Source: Methanobacteriota archaeon
Lineage (GTDB): Archaea > Thermoplasmatota > Poseidoniia > Poseidoniales > Thalassarchaeaceae
NCBI GenBank assembly: GCA_016845365.1
Contig: JAERST010000024.1
Location: 160,461-224,460, forward strand
Length of the DNA: 64,000 nt
Reading direction: 5' to 3'
Notes under the pieces: generated by a model
The model's database searches: none
The model's input: only the letters and a program-made list of their open reading frames with translations
What the model was told of the DNA's origin: nothing
In this document: positions 57,053 through 64,000 of the stretch, one piece after another
Layout: each line of letters starts with the position of its first letter
How positions within the stretch are numbered: position 1 is the stretch's first letter
Position numbers and translations under genes: made by a program

Positions 57053-57688
57053 TCAGAAAAATGGATGGAGCAGTAGAAGCGCGATGAGAGGGAAGAGAAT
57101 CATCGTGGCGTTATCGTCTATCCAGTGAACTCGTGGAACCTCTCCTGCGACCGTTAGTGGAGCAAGCAGAAGTGCGGCAATGAATGGAGTCGAAAATAGG
57201 GCAGCGCTCGCCATCCAGATTGTGAATGATACAGCTAATCCGACGATTACCGCTCCGCGCATTCCGAACTTTGCTCGCTTGACCTCGCCCATGATTGGGT
57301 CGACGAATGTAAGTCCGCAGATGATTGGGATGGTGTACATGCCCGCGTCCAAACCGTCCCCCTCCTGTGGTGCGAGAATCAGGGTCAGGCAGACCGCAAT
57401 GGCTCCCCAGGCCAGCGCGCTGATTTGTTTTGCTTCGTACTCGCGCTGGCCGACGATGATGATGCCGAATTTGAGTCGAATTGCTTCGAGGACGACGAAG
57501 AATACTCCGACCGCGATGACGAATTCGCGCGGCGTCATCGACAATGTTCCGGCGATGGTATCGCCCCAGAGGTGGTAAGCGAATGGAATCACACACATCG
57601 AAACGTGGGTGAATCGACGGAACCAATGTCCACCAGAACCACCGACGGAATGTTCTGCATGGTCGATATCAACGGGTATCTCGTTCAT
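57053..57688 (-). CDS. Dolichol kinase / CTP-dependent diacylglycerol kinase-like membrane protein
   Basis: RRFTH, R.YE, DP.MG.V, E.....IDDNAT motifs; multi-TM. Confidence 0.7.
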   Translation of the reverse strand: MNEIPVDIDHAEHSVGGSGGHWFRRFTHVSMCVIPFAYHLWGDTIAGTLSMTPREFVIAVGVFFVVLEAIRLKFGIIIVGQREYEAKQISALAWGAIAVCLTLILAPQEGDGLDAGMYTIPIICGLTFVDPIMGEVKRAKFGMRGAVIVGLAVSFTIWMASAALFSTPFIAALLLAPLTVAGEVPRVHWIDDNATMILFPLIALLLLHPFF

Positions 57689-57733
57689 TCAATTCTGTCT
57701 CCTCGTCTGTGGGTTAATCCACATGTCCTTGAT

Positions 57734-58612
57734 TTAGTTCCCATTCTTGATTTGCGCGACCGCTTCTCGCAGCGTTATGCTTCCGGCTTCTAATGCCGCG
57801 AGCGTGTCATCAAAACCGCTGGAAGTCAGCAGCGCCGAATCCCACGCGGAAATTAGACGCTCGCGAACGCGTAACCGTTCTCTGTCAGGAGTTGTGGACG
57901 TCTCGGCCAAGGCGTCGATCATCTCTGCTACACCTTCTCCGGAGTGGGCCGAGACGAGAAGAACATCGGGAGTGTTCTCATCAGAGCCAACCAATAGAGC
58001 AGAAATCACCGAATTCGCTGCACGCTGAGCATCGGGCAAATCGGCCTTATTGATCGCGATAAGGTCGGCCAGTTCCATGATTCCAGCCTTCTCAGCTTGA
58101 ATGATATCGCCTCGGTCCGGCCCATCGACGAGCAAGATTCGGTCGGCAAATGCGACGACGCGAATCTCTGATTGGCCAGCGCCGACCGTCTCGATGAGGA
58201 TGTTCTGCCAGCCACAAGCGGCCAGAACATCGACCATCGGTGTCAAACAATCCATCAAGCCACCCGGATGGTTCCGAGTGGCTAGAGAGCGAACGAAGAC
58301 TAAATCTGAAGAATCCGCATTACTCATACGCATTCTATCACCCAAGAGAGCACCGCCGCTTCGCGGTGAAGAAGGGTCAACGGCTAGCACAGCAACCGAT
58401 TCACCGCGCTCAACCCAGACATCTATCATCCGCCCGATAAGCGTAGATTTTCCGACGCCGGGCGGGCCGGTGATGCCCAGAGATGAAGCCGAGCCGAATT
58501 CGACTGGGGATTCAGCCCCTTCTTCGATCAGACTGAGAAGGCGAGAGAGCGAGCGTCGTTCACCGGACTTTGCCGATTCAAACAACTCTGTGACCTCGCT
58601 CACCAATGCCAC
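57734..58612 (-). CDS. meaB: Methylmalonyl-CoA mutase-associated GTPase
   Basis: [52 protein letters not shown]. Confidence 0.95.
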   Translation of the reverse strand: MALVSEVTELFESAKSGERRSLSRLLSLIEEGAESPVEFGSASSLGITGPPGVGKSTLIGRMIDVWVERGESVAVLAVDPSSPRSGGALLGDRMRMSNADSSDLVFVRSLATRNHPGGLMDCLTPMVDVLAACGWQNILIETVGAGQSEIRVVAFADRILLVDGPDRGDIIQAEKAGIMELADLIAINKADLPDAQRAANSVISALLVGSDENTPDVLLVSAHSGEGVAEMIDALAETSTTPDRERLRVRERLISAWDSALLTSSGFDDTLAALEAGSITLREAVAQIKNGN

Positions 58613-59034
58613 CCAGCCTCTTCTCCGACGCCGGTGGCTTCCCCAGCCTCAGCTCGGTCCTCGAGTTTAGAAAGGAAATCGAGAATTTCTCCCGTCGTCG
58701 TCCCAGGCCCGAAAACAGCTCGGACCCCCTCTGCAAACAGACGGGGCCGGTCGTGTTCCGGAATTATTCCTCCAGCGAACACGACCACATCATCCATCCC
58801 GGCCTCTCGTAATCCCTCACAAACGCGCGGAATCAAAACGCCGTGAGCACCAGAAAGCGACGAGAGGCCGACCGCAGCCGCATCCTCATCGATTACGATG
58901 CGAACTATCTCGGCTGGAGTCCTGCGCAGTCCGGTGTAGATTACCTCGTGCCCCCCATCCCGAAGTGCCCGTGCGATGACTTTGGCACCCCTATCGTGCC
59001 CGTCTAACCCGGGTTTGGCGACCACTATCCGCAT
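58600..59034 (-). CDS. Methylmalonyl-CoA mutase cobalamin-binding subunit
   Basis: [32 protein letters not shown]. Confidence 0.95.
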   Translation of the reverse strand: MRIVVAKPGLDGHDRGAKVIARALRDGGHEVIYTGLRRTPAEIVRIVIDEDAAAVGLSSLSGAHGVLIPRVCEGLREAGMDDVVVFAGGIIPEHDRPRLFAEGVRAVFGPGTTTGEILDFLSKLEDRAEAGEATGVGEEAGWHW

Positions 59035-59152
59035 GTCTCAGTCGCTTGTGCCACCACTCTGATGGCCTTCAAGCAACCGATTGCGAGCAAAAGCAGACTG
59101 CTGTCTGAAAGGGAATGCTCATGGGCGGCTTATCCTCGTTGCACCGCATACG

Positions 59153-60706
59153 ATGTCTGGTGTGAAGGAACGCATCGATGACTTGCGCCGCCGCAAGGCG
59201 CAGGCTGAGGCTGGCGGCGGCCAGAAACGAATTGCTGCACAACACGCGCGCGGGAAGATGACCGCGCGCGAGAGAATCGAACAATTGTTGGATGAGGACT
59301 CCTTTGTCGAGGTCGATGGGCTAGTCGAACACCGTTGCCGAGATTTCGATATGGACCGCAACGTGATTCCGGGTGATGGGGTCGTTTGCGGGCACGGAAC
59401 AATCGGTGGTCGCACCGTGTATTGCTTCGCCCAGGATTTCACCGTTTACGGAGGTTCATTGGGCGAAATGCACGGTTTGAAGATCTGCAAAATACTCGAT
59501 ATGGCTCTCAAAACGGGCGCTCCTGTGATCGGTCTGAACGATAGCGGAGGCGCCCGAATCCAAGAGGGCGTAGCGAGCCTTGGATCCTACGCTGAGATAT
59601 TCTTCCGTAATGTGCGCGCCAGCGGTGTGATTCCACAAATTTCTGTAATTATGGGTCCATGCGCTGGCGGAGCGGTCTATTCACCAGCCATTACCGACTT
59701 TGTGGTGATGGTTGACCAGACAGCACACATGTTCATCACGGGCCCTGAGGTAATCAAGACGGTGACCAATGAGGAGGTCACATTCGAAGACCTCGGCGGA
59801 GCAGGAACGCATGCGAGCCGCTCCGGAGTGACTCATTTTACCGCCGAGGACGACGAGGAGGCATTGGATCTAGTTCGCGACCTCGTCGATATGCTTCCTC
59901 TCAACAACTTAGAGAAACCTCCAACCAAAGACTCGGCAGACCCCTTCGACAGGGTCTGCGAGTCCCTAGACGACCTAATCCCCGACGATTCGACAACTCC
60001 GTACGATATCGTCGATGCAATCGAAGCTACTCTCGACGATGGTGCATTCCTTGAAGTCCAAGCCGATTTCGCAGGAAATATCGTCGTCGGCTTCGGGCGA
60101 CTCGGCGGACACACAGTCGGAATCGTCGCCAACCAACCAAAGGTATTGGCGGGCTGCCTCGATATCGACGCCTCGGTCAAGGCAGCCCGATTCGTCCGCT
60201 TCTGCGACGCTTTCAACATCCCACTCCTGACCTTTGTCGACGTTCCCGGATTCCTACCCGGCGCCAGCCAGGAGTGGGGCGGTATCATCCGCCACGGTGC
60301 GAAGTTACTCTACGCCTACGCAGAAGCGACAGTCCCCAAACTCACGGTAATCACTCGCAAAGCCTACGGAGGCGCATACGATGTGATGAGCAGTAAGCAC
60401 ATCCGCGGCGATTACAATATTGCTTGGCCTACCGCCCAGTTAGCGGTAATGGGAGCAGAGGGCGCAGTGCAAATCATCCACAGGCGAAGAATCGGCGCGG
60501 CAGGAGACCCCGATGGTGAGCGTACTCGTCTCATCGACGATTACGAGGACACATTCGCAAATCCATACCGAGCAGCATCTTTGGGCTACCTAGACGATGT
60601 AATCCAGCCAAGAGAAACACGAGAAAAGCTCACCAAGGCGCTGGGCGCTCTCCTCGAGAAAGAGGAGATTCGCCCAGCACGAAAACACGGCAATATTCCA
60701 TTGTGA
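59153..60706 (+). CDS. pccB: Acyl-CoA (propionyl-CoA) carboxylase carboxyltransferase subunit
   Basis: [51 protein letters not shown]. Confidence 0.95.
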   Translation: MSGVKERIDDLRRRKAQAEAGGGQKRIAAQHARGKMTARERIEQLLDEDSFVEVDGLVEHRCRDFDMDRNVIPGDGVVCGHGTIGGRTVYCFAQDFTVYGGSLGEMHGLKICKILDMALKTGAPVIGLNDSGGARIQEGVASLGSYAEIFFRNVRASGVIPQISVIMGPCAGGAVYSPAITDFVVMVDQTAHMFITGPEVIKTVTNEEVTFEDLGGAGTHASRSGVTHFTAEDDEEALDLVRDLVDMLPLNNLEKPPTKDSADPFDRVCESLDDLIPDDSTTPYDIVDAIEATLDDGAFLEVQADFAGNIVVGFGRLGGHTVGIVANQPKVLAGCLDIDASVKAARFVRFCDAFNIPLLTFVDVPGFLPGASQEWGGIIRHGAKLLYAYAEATVPKLTVITRKAYGGAYDVMSSKHIRGDYNIAWPTAQLAVMGAEGAVQIIHRRRIGAAGDPDGERTRLIDDYEDTFANPYRAASLGYLDDVIQPRETREKLTKALGALLEKEEIRPARKHGNIPL

Positions 60707-60716
60707 GGCAAACGGC

Positions 60717-60908
60717 ATGGCGCGGAAGAAAGACAAGTATCTCGCTGCTGCGATTCTTGCAGTAATGCTGGAGGAAGCAAGCGGAGAATCGCTTGCTCCC
60801 AGCGAAGGTCGCGAGGGTGGCGATGCTTGGTCTCGCGACCACCGCCGTTCACTCATCGGCCGCAGAAATCTATTCCGCGCGCGCACACGAAGAAGCACCA
60901 CTAGGTGA
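60717..60908 (+). CDS. Acyl-CoA carboxylase small (epsilon/PccX-like) subunit
   Basis: AAILAV...W...R pattern; immediately follows pccB. Confidence 0.65.
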   Translation: MARKKDKYLAAAILAVMLEEASGESLAPSEGREGGDAWSRDHRRSLIGRRNLFRARTRRSTTR

Positions 60909-61009
60909 ATCGATAAGAGCCAAAAAGAAGCACACCGAGGTGAAACGATGAATCCCAGCAAAAAGTGTAGATCATCTGATCACATCCAGAAGGTTACAGA
61001 GGTGGCAAA

Positions 61010-61417
61010 ATGGTAACTCGCAAGGTGAAGGTCGACGGTGAAGAATTCGAGGTCGAACTCGAAATATCCGAAGGCGTCTGGAACGTCACCGTCGCTGGCA
61101 AAGAATTCCAGATAGAAGTCGAAGGAGGGTCCGCTACCGAACAGGGTGCGAAAAAGCGCAAGCGAAGCGGGCGAGGCAAGAAGTCAGGAACAATCTCCTC
61201 GTCAATTCCAGGAAAAATCGTCTCAATTTCAGTCGAAGAAGGCCAAACCGTCGCAGAAGGCGATGTAGTCATGATTCTGGAAGCGATGAAAATGCAAAAC
61301 GAAATTCACGCTCCACTATCGGGAACAGTCTCTGCGGTCAATTGCCAACCGGGCGATAGTGTCGAAGCGAATACCCCTCTGGTGGTCATTACGCCCGAAG
61401 AAGACAAAACTGAGTAA
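61010..61417 (+). CDS. accB: Biotin carboxyl carrier protein
   Basis: IPGKI, LEAMKMQNEI biotinylation motif. Confidence 0.93.
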   Translation: MVTRKVKVDGEEFEVELEISEGVWNVTVAGKEFQIEVEGGSATEQGAKKRKRSGRGKKSGTISSSIPGKIVSISVEEGQTVAEGDVVMILEAMKMQNEIHAPLSGTVSAVNCQPGDSVEANTPLVVITPEEDKTE

Positions 61418-61430
61418 GTATTGAGGTGAG

Positions 61431-61664
61431 ATGATGGCGACCTGCGACTACCCAGAATGTGAGGTTGAAGGAGAGAAAATCAGTCGGCTTTCTCCTGAGG
61501 GATTCCTCGTCGCGACGGGAAAAAAAGCCTACTCTTTCCGTGAGGCATACCGACGATTCCACTACTGCAAGGAGCATCACGACGAATTGATGACGAATGT
61601 TTGGAATCGCGTTCGTTCGAAGGATGACAAAGAGGACGACCACGTCGCTCCGACCGCAATCTGA
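61431..61664 (+). CDS. Small Cys/His (putative Zn-binding) protein
   Basis: GAGGTGA SD; CDYPEC...HYCKEHH. Confidence 0.6.
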   Translation: MMATCDYPECEVEGEKISRLSPEGFLVATGKKAYSFREAYRRFHYCKEHHDELMTNVWNRVRSKDDKEDDHVAPTAI

Positions 61665-61714
61665 GTTCGTCTGGCTCGACATATTGATGGGGCTGTTTGG
61701 CGAGAGCGGGCTCG

Positions 61715-62941
61715 ATGCCGACCGACTTTGTGACCCACCTCGAATGTGCTTACACAGGGGAAGTGCTTGAGAAAGGGCAAGTCTACACCCTATCCTCGGC
61801 GGGGAAACCACTGCTCGTGAGGTACGACCTCGCCCGAATGCGGGATGAGGTGAGCCGGGATTCGATTGAGGGTTCTGGTGAGGCGGGGTTTTGGCGGTAT
61901 TCGCCGCTATTGCCTGTTGTCGATGAGGCGAATCGAGTTAGTTTGGGCGAGGTTATCACTCCGCTCATTGGGTTGGAGCGGAGTGTCGAGCACCTTGGCG
62001 TGAGTGCATGGAAGGTGCTCGTCAAGGATGAGTCGCGCCTACCTACCGGTTCGTTCAAGGCGCGAGGATTGTGTTTGGCAGTCTCGATGGCGAAAGAATT
62101 CGGTTTGGGGCATTTGGCGATTCCAACCAATGGGAATGCTGGGTCTGCCCTCGCCGCTTACGCTGCTCGCGCGGGAATGCGAACAACTGTGCTTTGTCCG
62201 GATAATACACCGGTGATCAACACCTCAGAGACTTTGGCTCAGGGAGGTGACACCTACCTTGTCAACGGCTTGATTGGGGATTGCGGGAAGATAATCGCCG
62301 AGGGCAAGGAATCGCTTGGTTGGTTTGCTGTTTCGACTCTGAAAGAGCCTTATCGTATCGAGGGCAAGAAAACCATGGGGCTTGAATTGGCCGAGCAACT
62401 CGGTTGGGATTTGCCGGACGTAATCTTCTATCCCACGGGTGGTGGGACTGGATTGATTGGCATGTGGAAGGCATTTCACGAGTTGCTCGAATTGGGATGG
62501 ATCGATTGTGCGCTGCCGCGGATGGTTGCTGTACAATCGACGGGCTGCGCCCCGATGGTTAAGGCATGGGAGGATGGTGTTGAGCATGCTGATTTCTGGG
62601 AGGATGCTGAGACTGAGGCGAGTGGGATTCGCGTTCCGGCGGCGATTGGAGATTTCTTGATTTTGCGAGCTGTACGCGAATCGAATGGTTTCGCCATCGC
62701 GGTTTCTGATGAGGATTTGATGGATGCTCGCGACCGCATCGGTCGCGAGGACGGCCTGCTTCTGTGTCCGGAAGGTGCAGCCACCTTCGCTGCCTATGAG
62801 CAGGCTCTCGAACGAGGACTCGTCTTGAAGGAAGACCGAGTCGTCCTGTTCAATACGGCGACCGGACTGAAATATCCAATGCCAGAGGTCACCGAGCGCA
62901 TCGATAAGGATGCGCCATTCAACGCCGATAGATTCCGCTGA
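61715..62941 (+). CDS. thrC: Threonine synthase (PLP fold II)
   Basis: LPTGSFKARG, TNGNAG, EPYRIEGKKTMG, YPTGGGTG, CPEGAA, FNTATGLKY. Confidence 0.9.
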   Translation: MPTDFVTHLECAYTGEVLEKGQVYTLSSAGKPLLVRYDLARMRDEVSRDSIEGSGEAGFWRYSPLLPVVDEANRVSLGEVITPLIGLERSVEHLGVSAWKVLVKDESRLPTGSFKARGLCLAVSMAKEFGLGHLAIPTNGNAGSALAAYAARAGMRTTVLCPDNTPVINTSETLAQGGDTYLVNGLIGDCGKIIAEGKESLGWFAVSTLKEPYRIEGKKTMGLELAEQLGWDLPDVIFYPTGGGTGLIGMWKAFHELLELGWIDCALPRMVAVQSTGCAPMVKAWEDGVEHADFWEDAETEASGIRVPAAIGDFLILRAVRESNGFAIAVSDEDLMDARDRIGREDGLLLCPEGAATFAAYEQALERGLVLKEDRVVLFNTATGLKYPMPEVTERIDKDAPFNADRFR

Positions 62942-62956
62942 CTAGCTCAAACGGGC

Positions 62957-63619
62957 TCAGATCAATCCAAGCGCATCTTCGATGCGATTCAATTCGGGTC
63001 CGGTAGAACCCGACCCCACTAGAGCATGTGTGTCGCTGGCGACACACCCGGCACCGACGTAAGGAGAACCGAAGCAGACGGTGCCGACCATAACCGGCGC
63101 CTGCATCACCTCAGCAATCTTCTCAGCCTCCTCGGCTGAGATGTCTGGATGAGCGAGAATTCCCTTGTTATTCGCGACGGTCAGTGACCCCACCGTCTCC
63201 TGTCCAGCGATTTTCGAGCGAACGGCGTCAACCTTCAGGACCTCACCAATCATCTCGGCCCCTGGACCTGGAATCACAGGACTGACTATCGCACCATGGT
63301 CATTACAACTCAACAGATTACCAGCAGCGTTGACTCCACTCTCAAGAACCACGAGGTCGCCAAAGCTGCTCAATTCGTCCAAATCAGCCTCGGTTGCAAT
63401 ATCGGCCACTGCCAACCCTTTGGAATTGCCACGAACCAGCGAGCCGAGCAAAGCCGAACCGCCGATCAAGCATGGATGCATTTCCATCTCAAAGGCTGCA
63501 GCCAACTCGTCAATAGCCGGCTGGTCCAGCGAAGATGGATGGAATAGAACATCACCGACGACGCTCAAATAGACGCCAACTTGGGCGTGTCCGAGTATGT
63601 CGCCGGTCGAGATTCCCAT
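62957..63619 (-). CDS. eif6: Translation initiation factor 6 (aIF6)
   Basis: GSL..GNSKG, GNL..CNDHGA, ANNKG.LAHP, GTV.FG, TGPEL.RIEDALG. Confidence 0.95.
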   Translation of the reverse strand: MGISTGDILGHAQVGVYLSVVGDVLFHPSSLDQPAIDELAAAFEMEMHPCLIGGSALLGSLVRGNSKGLAVADIATEADLDELSSFGDLVVLESGVNAAGNLLSCNDHGAIVSPVIPGPGAEMIGEVLKVDAVRSKIAGQETVGSLTVANNKGILAHPDISAEEAEKIAEVMQAPVMVGTVCFGSPYVGAGCVASDTHALVGSGSTGPELNRIEDALGLI

Positions 63620-63695
63620 GGGCTCACCTATGTCGGTCTGTATGGATGGCTTCGCCCATGGTGGATGAATGTTGATGCGGGGAGGTGAAGGAGAG

Positions 63696-63816
63696 TGGCA
63701 CAGCGACGCAAGTTCCCGTGGGCTCTCGCACCACAGTACAGAATACGACGCAGGAGGACTTGACTTCCGGGTTCGATATGGGACCGGGTATTACCCCTCC
63801 GCTCTGGCCGTGCACA
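63696..63816 (-). rRNA. rrf: 5S rRNA
   Basis: Reverse complement GCACGGCCAGAGCGGAGGGG..ACCCGGTCCCATATCGAACCCGGAAGTCAAG...GTACTG...GGGAA...CGCTGTGC. Ends approximate. Confidence 0.92.
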
Positions 63817-63869
63817 ACTCTCCTTCGAATGTAATTGGTGATAGAATCGAATCTGCCTATTGGACAGAG

Positions 63870-63892
63870 GCCCACACAAAATTGGTGTGGGC
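63870..63892. other. 8-bp stem hairpin in the 23S-5S spacer
   Basis: gcccacac-aaaattg-gtgtgggc inverted repeat. Confidence 0.5.
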
Positions 63893-63901
63893 AAGTAGAA
63901 A

Positions 63902-64000
63902 GATGAATGCTCGGGGGGTTAGTGCAGCTGGGCTGAACACCTCGGCGAACCTCGGTGCTTACACCCGCTGTCTATCAAACTCGTCTTCTACGAGTCCCCT
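63902..64000 (-). rRNA. rrl: 23S rRNA 3' end (partial)
   Basis: Reverse complement CTCGTAGAAGACGAGTTTGATAG...GGTGTAAGC...TTCAGC...ACTAAC matches the 3'-terminal helices of 23S rRNA. Confidence 0.85.

Noticed and set aside
63624..63894. 83-aa and 88-aa ORFs
   Set aside because: They overlap the 5S rRNA gene.

Overview
Core-genome segment of an archaeon, most consistent with Marine Group II Thermoplasmatota (Poseidoniales); this assignment is inferred from gene content, not from a database search. Archaeal information-processing genes are present: rpoH-B-A'-A''-rpl30e, psmB-aCPSF1, rps3ae, aIF6, Pop5, tRNA-Pro, tRNA-Lys, 5S rRNA and the 3' end of 23S rRNA. They are mixed with bacterial-type metabolic genes: pntAB, thyA-folA, a PlsC-type acyltransferase, ThrC and propionyl/methylmalonyl-CoA genes. 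I found no CRISPR array, transposase or integrase. Most interesting observations: (1) a b6f-like Rieske/cytochrome b operon whose subunit IV is fused to an extracellular domain plus a cytoplasmic HdrD/GlpC-like 2x[4Fe-4S]+2xCCG module, with no cytochrome c1 but an upstream CxCH reeler-like protein; (2) RNA polymerase subunits RpoH and RpoA'' share a paralogous extra N-terminal domain (19/27 identical residues) followed by an Arg-rich linker; (3) the tRNA-Lys 3' trailer can form either a terminator-like hairpin or a duplex with the tRNA 5' end, directly upstream of the rpo operon; (4) a divergent TatC fused to an HdrA-N-like Cys domain; (5) a HemK-like methyltransferase fused to biotin ligase; (6) four paralogous long coiled-coil proteins.
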